DNA from: Bdellovibrionales bacterium | Lineage (GTDB): Bacteria; Bdellovibrionota; UBA1018; CAIMNF01 | Length of the DNA stretch: 64,000 nt | Assembly: GCA_040380025.1 (NCBI GenBank) | Contig: JBEIJY010000008.1 | Span: 1-64,000, forward strand | Direction of reading: 5' to 3' | Shown here: positions 43,022 through 53,228 of the stretch, piece after piece | Layout of the letters: every line of letters starts with the position of its first letter | How positions within the stretch are numbered: the first letter of the stretch is position 1 | Notes under the pieces: generated by a model | What the model was told of the DNA's origin: nothing | What the model saw: only the letters and a program-made list of their open reading frames with translations | Databases searched by the model: none | Position numbers and translations under genes: made by a program

Positions 43022-44011
43022 ATGAACAAAACGATCAGTGCCGCCATCACCGCCGTGGGCGGATTCGTTCCGGAGTACCGCCTCACCAACCTCGAACTCG
43101 AGAAAATGGTCGATACCACGGACGAATGGATCCGGACCCGCACCGGCATCGAGGAGCGAAGGATCCTGAAAGGCGAAGGCCTTGCCACTTCCGACATGAT
43201 TGTTCCGGTCGTTCACGAGGTCTGCAAAAAACGCGGAATCACCCCCGCTGAAATCGATTGCCTGATCGTGGGTACGGTGACTCCAGACCTGCCCTTCCCC
43301 TCGACCGCGAACATCGTCTGCGACAAGGCCGGCATGACCAATGCCTGGGGATTCGACCTTTCGGCCGCCTGCTCGGGATTCTTGTACGCGCTCACCACGG
43401 GCGCCTCGCTGATCGAAAGCGGACGCTACAAAAAAGTACTGGTTGTGGGCGCCGACAAAATGAGTTCGATCATCGACTATCAGGACCGCAATACCTGCAT
43501 CATTTTCGGGGACGGCGCGGGCGGAGTGCTTCTTGAGCCGAACCATGAAGGATTCGGCGTGCGGGACAGCATCCTGAAGAGCGACGGATCGGGCCGAAAG
43601 CACCTGCGCATGGATGCGGGCGGATCCCTTCTTCCCGCCTCGCACGAAACCGTCGAGAAGAAACAGCATTTCGTCTATCAGGAAGGCGCGGCCGTTTACA
43701 AGTTCGCCGTGAAAGGAATGGCCGATGCCGTCGAGGAACTGATGGCCCGGAACAACCTGAGCGCCGATCAGGTGGCTTGGCTTGTGCCCCATCAGGCGAA
43801 TATCCGCATCATCGAATCGACCGCACAGCGAGCCGGAATGCCGATGGAAAAAGTCATGCTGAACATCCAGCGCTACGGAAACACCACCGCGGGAACGCTT
43901 CCGCTTTGCCTTTGGGACTGGGAATCGCGCCTGAAGAAGGGCGATCTGCTGATTCTTGCGGCGTTCGGCGGCGGATTCACCTGGGGCGCGACCCTCGTCA
44001 AGTGGGGTTAG
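43022..44011 (+). CDS. fabH: Beta-ketoacyl-ACP synthase III
   Basis: AACSGF, FGDGAG, PHQAN, YGNT, FGGGFTWG. Confidence 0.95.
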   Translation: MNKTISAAITAVGGFVPEYRLTNLELEKMVDTTDEWIRTRTGIEERRILKGEGLATSDMIVPVVHEVCKKRGITPAEIDCLIVGTVTPDLPFPSTANIVCDKAGMTNAWGFDLSAACSGFLYALTTGASLIESGRYKKVLVVGADKMSSIIDYQDRNTCIIFGDGAGGVLLEPNHEGFGVRDSILKSDGSGRKHLRMDAGGSLLPASHETVEKKQHFVYQEGAAVYKFAVKGMADAVEELMARNNLSADQVAWLVPHQANIRIIESTAQRAGMPMEKVMLNIQRYGNTTAGTLPLCLWDWESRLKKGDLLILAAFGGGFTWGATLVKWG

Positions 44012-47000
44012 CCGCACCCCATGCTGCTTCCGCAGTGAAGGCACCGAAAACAAGCCCCTGCTCTCACCGTCTTGTGCCCGCAGGAATCGCACTCGGGCGC
44101 ATCCCTGGTGAGCGTGCGGAGCAGGTCATCGATGGCATCGCCAGTGCCGTCCATTTTATCAGTGCTCTCAATCCGGCCGATTTTCGCGCCTCCCGGCACA
44201 TGAGCAAGATCGCTCCACCCGAGGTACTCGACCCCTAGGGTGCGGAACACATAATCGATGAGCGAAGTCGCCATGCGCAGATTCGGATGCCCCTGAACCA
44301 CTCCCGCCGGCTCAAACTGCGTGAAGGCGAACCGCCGGACCCACTCCTCGAGGGGAATTCCGTATTGGAGCCCGAGACTCACCGCGATCGAAAAACAGGC
44401 AAGAAGCGCGCGGTATTCCGGGTCGGCGTTTTCGAGATCCAAGAACAACTCGCCAGGTTTTCCGTCCGCGTACTCACCGGTCCGAAGATAAATCTTTCTT
44501 TCGCCGACCACGGCTTCGATCGTGATCCCTTTTCGTTTCACAGGCAGCCGGTGCCGAACCGCGGCCGGCGTTGCCTCCGCACCTGCACTTGTGCCGAGCG
44601 GTTGGGAGGCCTTGCATCCGTCCCGGTAAATCGCGATCGATTTCAACCCCATCTTCCAGGCCTGAAGATGGATTTCCTCGACCTCCCCGACCGTGGTCGA
44701 TTCCGGCAGATTCACGGTCTTCGAAATCGCACCCGATAAAAACGGCTGAACCGCCGCCATCATCGCCAGATGTCCGTGCGGGGCGATGAAGCGGGCTCCT
44801 TTCGGTCCGCACCGGTTCGCACAGTCAAAGACCGCAAGATCGCGCGCCTGCAATCCGGGAGCGCCTTCGAGGGTCATGAGTCCGCAAATCATCTCGTTCG
44901 CCTCTTCGATCTCTGAGTCCGAAAACCCGAGATGCTTCAGGATCCCGCGTCCGGTGCCCCCGGCGATTCCGAGGCGGTTCAGGGTCTCGACGCCAAGACG
45001 CTCCGGAGAAAACGCATCGGCAAGATGAAACACCGAAGAAAGCTCCGCCTCGATGCGCGAAATTTCCTCTGGCCTTAAGCCCCGCTCCGTCAAGGTCTGC
45101 GCATTGAACCGGGCCGTCCCGCGAGTAAGAGTAAGCGTGCCGAGCAAGTATTCCATCATCGGCCCTCGCTCGCTCTCGCGATAGCCGAGCGTACGAAGCG
45201 CGGCTTCGACCGAGCGGTTCACAATTTTGAGAGCACCGCCCCCGGCGAGCTTCTTGAATTTCACCAGCGCGAAATCCGGTTCGATTCCCGTGGTGTCGCA
45301 ATCCATGAGGAGCCCGATCGTACCGGTCGGAGCGAGTACCGTGACCTGGGCATTCCGGAATCCGGATTTCTTCCCCGCCTCCCATGCCCGTTTCCACGAT
45401 GCTTTCGCGATCCTCGCGAGTTCCTGCGCGTCCGGAAGGTCATCGGCCGCCCGGACATGGCGTTCGATCACGCCGAGCATGGATTCGCGATTCTCGGTGA
45501 ATCCTTCAAAATGCCCGAGCACCGCCGCGATCTCGGCACTCACCGAATAGGCCTCCCCCGTAAGAAGCGCCGTCACGGCCGAAGCGAGCTCGCGACCTTC
45601 GCGCGAATCGTACGGAATTCCCTTCGACATCAAGAGCGCGCCGAGATTCGCATAGCCGAGTCCGAGCGGCCGGAAACGATGGGAGTTCCGGGCGATGCTC
45701 TCGGTGGGATATCCCGACATTCCGACCAGGATCTCCTGTGCGGTCAGCAGGATCCGGATCGCATGACAAAACCGGATGGCATCGAATCCGCCCTGACCAT
45801 CCAAAAACCGGAGCAGATTGAGCGAGGCAAGATTGCAGGCGGTATCGTCCAGAAACATGAACTCCGAGCACGGATTCGAAGCCCGGATCGGTGCCGTTGT
45901 CTTGCAGGTGTGCCAAGCCTGGATCGTCGAATCGAATTGGATTCCAGGATCGGCGCAGGCCCAGGCCGCCTCGGCGATCTCGCGCCAGATGGCCCGCGCG
46001 CGGAAGGTCTCGACCACCGAGCCATCGGTCCGACCACGGGTCTCCCAGCTTCCGTCCTCGAGAACCGCACGAAGGAACTCATCCCGGATGCGAACCGAGT
46101 TGTTCGAATTCTGCCCCGAAACCGTGCGATACGCCTCGCCGTTGAAGTCAGGAGAATACCCCTGCGCAATCAGCGCTTTGGCCTTCGCTTCTTCTTTCGC
46201 CTTCCAGCGAATGAAATCCAGGATCTCGGGGTGATCCATGTCGAGGCATACCATCTTGGCCGCGCGCCGCGTGGTGCCTCCCGACTTGGTCGCGCCCGCG
46301 CCCCGGTCCAAAACCTCCAAAAACGCGAGAAGCCCCGAGGAAAATCCGCCCCCCGAAAGTCGCTCCTGTTTTCCCCGGAGTTTCGAAAAATTCGTGCCGG
46401 TTCCGGAGCCGTACTTGAAGAGCCGAGCCTCGTTCTTCGCCAGATCAAACACCGACATCAGGTCATCCTCGACCGACTGGATGAAACACGCGGAAGCTTG
46501 CGGGTGCTCGAAGGCATTCAGAACGGGAACGACTTTCGCCCCGATCGGATCATACCGGAAGCCGCCCTCCCCGCCCCGGATTCCGTACTCCTCGAACAGG
46601 CCGACATTGAACCAAACCGGCGAATTGAAGGCCGCCATCTGATGCAGAAGCAGATACTGAAGCTCGGCTTCGAACACCCGCGCATCCTCGCCCGAGAGCA
46701 AGCCTTGTTGCTCTCCTTGTCTGCGAATCGCACGCGTGATCCGGCCGATCACCTGACGGATGGAATCCTCGAAGCCCTTACCGGGGACACCGGCGCGACG
46801 AAAATATTTCGATGCAAGAATGTCGACTGCAAGCTGGGACCAGCCCTCGGGAACCTCGATGTTCTCCATCTCGAAGACCGGTCGCCCTTCGGCATCGCGA
46901 ATCGAGGAGCGACCCCGGCGATACCGGACAGACTGAAAGGGGTCCTTCCCCGGTTCGGTATGAATCCGGGGGATCGGAAAGCGGACTGGCTTTTTTCGAG

Positions 47001-47019
47001 AAGACCGGTACGTCCTCAT
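44008..47019 (-). CDS. nrdJ: Class II (B12-dependent) ribonucleotide reductase with C-terminal TSCPD and Zn-finger region
   Basis: FNSPVWFN, SACFI, SNPCSEF, ACNLAS, APTGTI, GAISKTVN; C-terminal CxxC..CxxC..GC. Confidence 0.95.
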   Translation of the reverse strand: MRTYRSSRKKPVRFPIPRIHTEPGKDPFQSVRYRRGRSSIRDAEGRPVFEMENIEVPEGWSQLAVDILASKYFRRAGVPGKGFEDSIRQVIGRITRAIRRQGEQQGLLSGEDARVFEAELQYLLLHQMAAFNSPVWFNVGLFEEYGIRGGEGGFRYDPIGAKVVPVLNAFEHPQASACFIQSVEDDLMSVFDLAKNEARLFKYGSGTGTNFSKLRGKQERLSGGGFSSGLLAFLEVLDRGAGATKSGGTTRRAAKMVCLDMDHPEILDFIRWKAKEEAKAKALIAQGYSPDFNGEAYRTVSGQNSNNSVRIRDEFLRAVLEDGSWETRGRTDGSVVETFRARAIWREIAEAAWACADPGIQFDSTIQAWHTCKTTAPIRASNPCSEFMFLDDTACNLASLNLLRFLDGQGGFDAIRFCHAIRILLTAQEILVGMSGYPTESIARNSHRFRPLGLGYANLGALLMSKGIPYDSREGRELASAVTALLTGEAYSVSAEIAAVLGHFEGFTENRESMLGVIERHVRAADDLPDAQELARIAKASWKRAWEAGKKSGFRNAQVTVLAPTGTIGLLMDCDTTGIEPDFALVKFKKLAGGGALKIVNRSVEAALRTLGYRESERGPMMEYLLGTLTLTRGTARFNAQTLTERGLRPEEISRIEAELSSVFHLADAFSPERLGVETLNRLGIAGGTGRGILKHLGFSDSEIEEANEMICGLMTLEGAPGLQARDLAVFDCANRCGPKGARFIAPHGHLAMMAAVQPFLSGAISKTVNLPESTTVGEVEEIHLQAWKMGLKSIAIYRDGCKASQPLGTSAGAEATPAAVRHRLPVKRKGITIEAVVGERKIYLRTGEYADGKPGELFLDLENADPEYRALLACFSIAVSLGLQYGIPLEEWVRRFAFTQFEPAGVVQGHPNLRMATSLIDYVFRTLGVEYLGWSDLAHVPGGAKIGRIESTDKMDGTGDAIDDLLRTLTRDAPECDSCGHKTVRAGACFRCLHCGSSMGCG

Positions 47020-47027
47020 GCACTTTC

Positions 47028-47068
47028 ATTATACCACATTGGAATTTGCGGGAGCTCTGCGCTAGCAT
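47028..47068. promoter_or_regulatory. Divergent -10 elements for nrdJ and the GH1 gene
   Basis: Minus TGG-TATAAT 8 nt before nrdJ ATG; plus TTGGAA-18-TAGCAT 8 nt before GH1 ATG. Confidence 0.55.
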
Positions 47069-47076
47069 TTCGGATC

Positions 47077-48489
47077 ATGAAATCCATCGTGCTCGTTCTT
47101 CTTCTTTTTGCCCGCTTCAGTCCTGCTCTTGCCGATGACTTGGTGTTTCCGGAGAACTTCGTATTCGGCGTTGCCACCGCACCGGGGCACGCCGAGAACG
47201 GGCTTGATGACATTTGGCTGGATTGGGCACGGGCCGGGAACATCCGCGCGTACTCGAACCACGCGGACCCAGAAAAACGCCTGAACACCTGGAGCGATCC
47301 CGAAACCGAGATCCGGCTCTACGAACAGCTCGGCCTTCAGGCCGTTCGCCTCGGGGTCGACTGGGGCCGGGTCATGCCAACGAAGGACCGCTTCGATGAG
47401 GCCGCGATTGCCCGATACCGCTCCATCCTTCGCACCATTCGGAGCAAGAATCTCAAGATCATGCTCTCCCTCTTCCATCACTCCGTGCCGAAGTGGGTAC
47501 AAAACCAGGGGGGCTGGAAAAACCCAGAAACCTCAGAGGATTTCATCCGGTTTTCGAAAAAAATCATTTCTGAATTCCGGGGTGAGGTCGACTGGTGGAT
47601 CACCTTCAACGAGCCGCAGGTGTTTGCGCTTCTGGCGTATCAGGCGGGACTCTGGCCCCCGGGAGAAACCGATGGTCCGATGTCGCTTCTGGATCTTCCC
47701 TTCTATCGCGGCAAAACCGTGAAAGCCGTCCTGAACATGGCGGCCGCCCACCGGGGGGTCTATGATTCCGTCCATCGTGATCATCCCGGAATCAGAATCG
47801 GAGTCGCCCAGCACTTCGGGGATCACCGGGGAGCGAGCCTGATTGGAAAGATTCTTGCAAGCTTCACCGGGCGATTCATGAACTGGTTTTTTCTGGAACA
47901 GATCCGGGGAAAGATGGATTTCATCGGAATGAATTATTACGGCGCAGAGTGGATCAGCGCCCGAGGCGTTGAGATTTTGAAAGAGGAGGAATATTCCGAG
48001 GCCGGACGGGCCGTTCATCCTGCGGGGCTTGCGCGGCTCATGAAGGAGGCGCACTCGCGATTTCAACTCCCCGTCCTGATCACCGAGAACGGCATCGCCG
48101 ATTCGACCGACTGGATCCGGCCGGCGTACCTCTCGGAACACCTCGCGGCCGTTCACGATGCCCTCTCGGCCGGAGTCCCCGTGCAGGGATACTTTCTTTG
48201 GACCCTGAGCGACAACCTCGAGTGGACCGACGGATATTGCCCGAAATTCGGCTTGGTGGAGGTGAACCGGAGCGAAAACCTGAAGCGCACCCCCCGCGGG
48301 AGCTTCGGGCTCTACTCGCGGATCGTGAAGTCAAAAACACTTTCGGCCGATGACAGGGGACGGGCTTGGGCGGAGTACCAGTCCCATGTCGGACAAACCC
48401 GGCCATTCTGCCGGGCGCCGGACGGCAAGAACGGGCTGGACGTTCCCGTGGATCGCATCATCCCCTCCCGCGATTGGAGATTCCGTTGA
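47077..48489 (+). CDS. Secreted glycoside hydrolase family 1, SFR2-like
   Basis: Signal peptide ALA-D; TFNEP and ITENG catalytic motifs; ATAPGHAE, WSDPETE, EYSEAGR, RDWRF. Confidence 0.9.
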   Translation: MKSIVLVLLLFARFSPALADDLVFPENFVFGVATAPGHAENGLDDIWLDWARAGNIRAYSNHADPEKRLNTWSDPETEIRLYEQLGLQAVRLGVDWGRVMPTKDRFDEAAIARYRSILRTIRSKNLKIMLSLFHHSVPKWVQNQGGWKNPETSEDFIRFSKKIISEFRGEVDWWITFNEPQVFALLAYQAGLWPPGETDGPMSLLDLPFYRGKTVKAVLNMAAAHRGVYDSVHRDHPGIRIGVAQHFGDHRGASLIGKILASFTGRFMNWFFLEQIRGKMDFIGMNYYGAEWISARGVEILKEEEYSEAGRAVHPAGLARLMKEAHSRFQLPVLITENGIADSTDWIRPAYLSEHLAAVHDALSAGVPVQGYFLWTLSDNLEWTDGYCPKFGLVEVNRSENLKRTPRGSFGLYSRIVKSKTLSADDRGRAWAEYQSHVGQTRPFCRAPDGKNGLDVPVDRIIPSRDWRFR

Positions 48490-50594
48490 TCGAGTCGGAA
48501 CCCGTCAGATCCGTGACGACGCTCCGTCCTCCCGCTCAAGGCGCCGCCCCTCCTGACCGAAAAGAACTCGTGGGAGAAAAAGACCTTTTTTTGAATCGCG
48601 ATCTCAGTTGGCTTGAGTTCAATGCGCGCGTTCTCCATGAGTCGCTCGATGGTCGCACTCCTTTGTTCGAGCGCCTGCGGTTTCTCGGGATTTTTCAGAA
48701 CAACCTCGACGAATACTTCATGAAGCGGATGGGATCCCTCTACTCGCATGCGCGGGTGAACTTCCGGGAGCGCTTGATTCCTCTCCTTCGCGAGGCCGAG
48801 CAGTGCTATCATAAATCGCTGAAACCCGCCCTGGCCGAGGGAGGGATCCTCCTCCTCCAATGGGGAGAACTCTCGGATGACGAAAAATCACGGGCAAACG
48901 CGCTCTATGAGCACCAGATTTTTCCGGTGCTCACTCCGTTCGCTGTCGATTCCGGGCATCCCTTTCCGTTCCTCTCGAACCTCTCGATCTCTCTCGGCGT
49001 GACCCTCCGGAACCCCGAACGCGAGGACGATACCCAGTTCGCACGGCTCAAGATTCCGAATTTCTTCCCCCAGTGGCTCCGGGTCGACGGAAAAAAAGAC
49101 CCCCGCCACGCGCGATTCGTCTCGATTCTCGAGGTGATCACGGCCAATCTTCCTGCGCTGTTTCCCGGCATGGAGATCCTCGATGCGATGCCCTTCCGGA
49201 TCACGCGGAACACGAATATCGATCACGATGAGGACGGTACCGACGATCTCCTCGAGCAGATCTCGGAAGAACTGAAAGAGCGGAAATTCGGCGATGTCGT
49301 GCGCCTCGAATACCGGGGACAGGGGAATCCGATGATCCTCGACATGCTTCGCGACGAACTCCATCTCGACGAGGACCAGATTTACGGAGTCGAAGGACTT
49401 CTCGAATACACCTCGCTGAAGCCCGTGCTCGAGCTGGCGCGACCGGAGTTCAAGTATGAACCCTGGGTTCCGGTTCCGCCCGCGGCACTCCCGGACCCGG
49501 ACCGCGACATCTTCCAGGCGATCCGACAACACGACATCCTCGTCCATCATCCCTACGAAAGTTTCGCGGGCTCGGTCGAACGCTTCGTGCGGGCCGCGGT
49601 GAACGACCCCAAGGTCGTCGCGATCAAGATGACCCTGTATCGCGTGGGTGCCGAGAGTCCGCTCATTCCGCTCCTCGTCCGCGCGGCGGAACTGGGAAAA
49701 ACCGTGGTTTGCCTGGTCGAACTGAAAGCCCGCTTTGACGAGGAAAAAAACATCCTGGTCGCGCAGAATCTCGAAGATGCGGGAATCCATGTCGTGTACG
49801 GAGTATCCGGGCTGAAGACCCACTGCAAACTGACCCTCGTCGTGCGACAGGAAGGCGAGGAAATGCGGAGCTACTGCCACATCGGCACCGGGAATTATCA
49901 TGCGGTCACGTCGAGACTCTACACCGACTTCGGACTCTTCACTGCGCAAAAGGAGATCGCGAATGATGTGGTGAATCTGTTTCACTACCTGACCGGAAAA
50001 TCCCTGAAGAAAGACTACCTGAAGCTCCTGGTCGCCCCGGTGGCGATGAAAGAGCGGTTCCTCAAGATGATCCACCGCGAGCTCGTGGAGGCGAAGAAGG
50101 GAAACCCTGCGCGCATCATCGCCAAGATGAACAGTCTCGATGACCGCGAGATCATCCAAGCGCTGTATGACGCCTCGTGTGCGGGAGTGGAGATCGACCT
50201 GATCGTGCGCGGATTCTGCTGTCTCCGCCCCGGAGTGCCGGGACTCTCCGCAAACATCCGCGTGTTCTCGGTGATCGGACGGTTCCTCGAACACTCGCGG
50301 GTGTTTTACTTCCGCGCGGGAGCGAAAACCGCGCTCAACGGCGACTTCCTGCTCGGTTCGGCCGACTGGATGCACCGAAACCTCCAGGCCCGGGTCGAAA
50401 CGATCACTCCGGTCACGGATCCTTCGCAAAAAGACCGGATCCTGGAGTTCCTTGAAATCCTGATCGATGACCACCGCCAGGGTTGGGAGATGAAGCCGGA
50501 TGGCACCTACTGGAAAAGGAAAGTGAAGAACCCGAAAAAGGATCTCGGCACCCACATGACCCTGATGCACAAGGCGCGCACGCGGAGCTCCTGA
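48486..50594 (+). CDS. ppk1: Polyphosphate kinase 1
   Basis: NRDLSWLEFNARV, HPFP, HHPYESF, ELKARFDE, KTHCK, GTGNY, GRFLEHSR, SADWM; start uncertain (TTG overlapping the GH1 stop). Confidence 0.95.
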   Translation: MIESEPVRSVTTLRPPAQGAAPPDRKELVGEKDLFLNRDLSWLEFNARVLHESLDGRTPLFERLRFLGIFQNNLDEYFMKRMGSLYSHARVNFRERLIPLLREAEQCYHKSLKPALAEGGILLLQWGELSDDEKSRANALYEHQIFPVLTPFAVDSGHPFPFLSNLSISLGVTLRNPEREDDTQFARLKIPNFFPQWLRVDGKKDPRHARFVSILEVITANLPALFPGMEILDAMPFRITRNTNIDHDEDGTDDLLEQISEELKERKFGDVVRLEYRGQGNPMILDMLRDELHLDEDQIYGVEGLLEYTSLKPVLELARPEFKYEPWVPVPPAALPDPDRDIFQAIRQHDILVHHPYESFAGSVERFVRAAVNDPKVVAIKMTLYRVGAESPLIPLLVRAAELGKTVVCLVELKARFDEEKNILVAQNLEDAGIHVVYGVSGLKTHCKLTLVVRQEGEEMRSYCHIGTGNYHAVTSRLYTDFGLFTAQKEIANDVVNLFHYLTGKSLKKDYLKLLVAPVAMKERFLKMIHRELVEAKKGNPARIIAKMNSLDDREIIQALYDASCAGVEIDLIVRGFCCLRPGVPGLSANIRVFSVIGRFLEHSRVFYFRAGAKTALNGDFLLGSADWMHRNLQARVETITPVTDPSQKDRILEFLEILIDDHRQGWEMKPDGTYWKRKVKNPKKDLGTHMTLMHKARTRSS

Positions 50595-50603
50595 GAAGGA
50601 AAA

Positions 50604-52094
50604 TCAATCCTTCGCCACAAACTCGTGGTTCTTGTTGTAGGTGAAGAACCGCTTCCGGCCTTCGACTTCGGTCTCGATATGGATCGGCCGGGTCCAGATC
50701 TGGAAAATCGAACGCATGGTCTCGCGCGCGTATTTCAAATCGAGATCCGCGCCCTGGTGGCGGTGGATGAGCAGAAGCTCGCCGCGGTTCTCGAAATTGG
50801 CGTCAAACACCGAAATATGCGGCTGTCCCTGATTCGTGAGCGAGGTCAGGAGCTTCTCTTTCACCGTCCGGAAATTCCGGTCGGTGATCTCGTACTGCCC
50901 GGTCCGGCGATTGTATTCGTAGGTGTAGAGCCGGAAGCGATCCACGAACTCGGGGGTAAGGTACTCGTCGATGAACGTGACGTCGTTGCACACCTTCCGG
51001 ACCTCGAACATCTTCTGCCGGCCGAGACCGGTTTTTTTGTCCCAGTTCGCGCGCTCGCGAAGATCGGCGCAATCATCGTACTGTTTGCCGAACCGACCCT
51101 TGTTCCAGCGCTCCTCGATGTCACGGAACAACTCGATTCCGATCTTGTAGGGATTGATCCTTCCGGGCGCCATCGCGGTCACGCCCGCGTGATGGTCGGC
51201 GAAATCGATGATCTCGTGATCGCGGATCGCCTTCTTGGTCATGATCTCGGAGTGCCAGTAGGAGGCCCAGCCCTCGTTCATGATTTTCGTCTGCATCTGG
51301 GGAATGAAGTAATACGCCTCGTCCCGGACAATCCGGATCACATCCCTTTGCCACTCCTTCAAGGGCGCATGGGTCATCAGGAACAACAAAATATCCCTGG
51401 ACGGCGCCGCCGGAAACATCTGGCTCCGCTTCGCCTGATCCTCGGCCCTCTTCTTTTGCTCTTCGACAAATTCGGGCGGATTGATGAATTTGTCCATGTA
51501 GGATCGTTCGACCTTGATCTTCCCCACCTCGCGGGCGCGGGGCTCTTCTTCTTCCTTTTTTTGCGACTTCGGCTGCTCGAAGGGAAGATTCGGATCGATC
51601 AGGTTGTCGAGACTCAGGCAGACATCGATGAATCCCTCGACCGCATCCTGCCCGTAATCGTCCATGTACCGGCGAACCCGCACCGCATGATTCGCCATGG
51701 TGTCGAGCATCTTCCGGTTGGTTTTCGAGAACCAGTAGTTGTTCTTGAAAAAATCGACATGCCCGTACACATGGGCCATGACCATCTTCTGATCGACATG
51801 CGAGTTCGAGCTCATGAGGTAGGCGTAGGCGGGATTGGTGTTGATCACCATCTCGTAGATCTTCGAAAGCCCCCATTCATAGCCCTTCGAGTACTGGTCG
51901 TAATTCATCCCGAAGCGCCAATGAGGGTACCGAACCGGAAATCCCTCCTGGGCCGCAAGCGAGTTGATCGCATCCGAAGGGACCATCTCGAAGATCGTCT
52001 CGAAGAAATCGAGACCGAACCCTTCGGCGTATCCGCGGATCTCCTCCTGGAGCCGGGCGAGCTCCAACGGCAACTGTGTCGAGCGCATTCCCAT
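50604..52094 (-). CDS. spoVR: SpoVR family protein
   Basis: PVRYPHWRFG, IYEMVIN, AHVYGHVDFFKNN, TKIMNEGWASYWH, NPYKIG. Confidence 0.93.
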   Translation of the reverse strand: MGMRSTQLPLELARLQEEIRGYAEGFGLDFFETIFEMVPSDAINSLAAQEGFPVRYPHWRFGMNYDQYSKGYEWGLSKIYEMVINTNPAYAYLMSSNSHVDQKMVMAHVYGHVDFFKNNYWFSKTNRKMLDTMANHAVRVRRYMDDYGQDAVEGFIDVCLSLDNLIDPNLPFEQPKSQKKEEEEPRAREVGKIKVERSYMDKFINPPEFVEEQKKRAEDQAKRSQMFPAAPSRDILLFLMTHAPLKEWQRDVIRIVRDEAYYFIPQMQTKIMNEGWASYWHSEIMTKKAIRDHEIIDFADHHAGVTAMAPGRINPYKIGIELFRDIEERWNKGRFGKQYDDCADLRERANWDKKTGLGRQKMFEVRKVCNDVTFIDEYLTPEFVDRFRLYTYEYNRRTGQYEITDRNFRTVKEKLLTSLTNQGQPHISVFDANFENRGELLLIHRHQGADLDLKYARETMRSIFQIWTRPIHIETEVEGRKRFFTYNKNHEFVAKD

Positions 52095-53224
52095 TCAACG
52101 TCCCTTTCCGAGAAATTCCTTGATCGACTGGAGGATTCCGTCCTTGTTCTCGATGCGCGAGAGGATCACGGTGTCATCATCGGTGCCGAACACCTCGATC
52201 AGGTCCTTGTAGAACTGCCCTGATCCGTACCTCGAATCGACCTGTCCGTAACAAAACGCATTCACCTTCGGAAGAAGCGAGTTCTTCATGAGATCAATGC
52301 AGAGCTTGGTGTCCTCGGTCGACCAGTTGTCCCCGTCCGAGAAGTGGAAGGGATAGATGTTCCAGTCGCCCGGCGGATAATCCTTCGCGATGATCTGCTC
52401 GCAGAGTTTGTAGGCGGAGCTGATCAGCGTGCCCCCGCTTTCGCGGGTTCGAAAGAAAGTCTCCTCGTCGACTTCTTTCGCCGTCGCATCGTGGATGATG
52501 TAGCGAGTCTCGACTCCCTTGTATTGGGAGCGGAGCCAGGTGTTGATCCAGAACGCCTCGGTCCGCACGATCTCCTTCTGCTCATCCCCCATCGAGCCCG
52601 AAACGTCCATCATGTACAGGATCACGGCGGAGTTCTCGTGCTTCACGTCGGACTTCCAGGAGCGGAAGCGCAAATCCTTCCGGATCGGAATGATGACAGG
52701 ATTGTCGGGATCGTAATTTCCCGAGGCGATCTGCCGCTTCAGCGCTTCTTTGAACGTGCGCTTGAAATGCCGGAGCGAATTCGGCCCCTGGGATGCGATC
52801 GCGGTGTAGCGATCCACCTTGGATTTCAGGTTTTTCTGTCCCCGGGGCTCGATCCTCGGAAGCTCCAGCTGTTCGCCCAGGATCTCTCGGCGAGTTCCTC
52901 GAGCGTGAACTCCACATCGAGATCATGTTCGCCCGCATCCTGTCCGGCCTTCTTGCCCTGACCGGGACCCTCGCCCTCTTGCGAAGGATCACCCTGCCCC
53001 GGAACCGGATCACCGGCATTCCCCTCGCCCTGACCCACTCCGCCCTGATTGCTCCCGAAACGGAAGCGCGGAATGTCGATGCGGGGCATCGGAATGGTGA
53101 CCGTGTCCTTGCCCTTCCGGCCGAACATCTCGGAGTGCGTGATGTATTTCTTCAGGTCCTGCTTGATCTTTCCCCGTACGATCTGGCGAAAGCGCGCATG
53201 ATCCCTGCGAGCTCCATCAATCAT
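52095..53224 (-). pseudogene. yeaH: YeaH/YhbH (DUF444) gene split by a 2-bp frameshift (real or sequencing error)
   Basis: N-half (53224-52826) and C-half with MMDVSGSM and FHFSDGDN join if one GA is removed at 52883-52888. Confidence 0.85.
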
Positions 53225-53228
53225 CCGC

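Noticed and set aside
42892..43197. N-terminal extension of the 389-aa protease ORF
   Set aside because: Overlaps fabH antisense; SD and signal peptide indicate a start at 42891
45457..47076. Upstream 540 codons of the 1010-aa plus-strand ORF
   Set aside because: Antisense shadow of nrdJ; the real GH1 begins at ATG 47077 with a signal peptide
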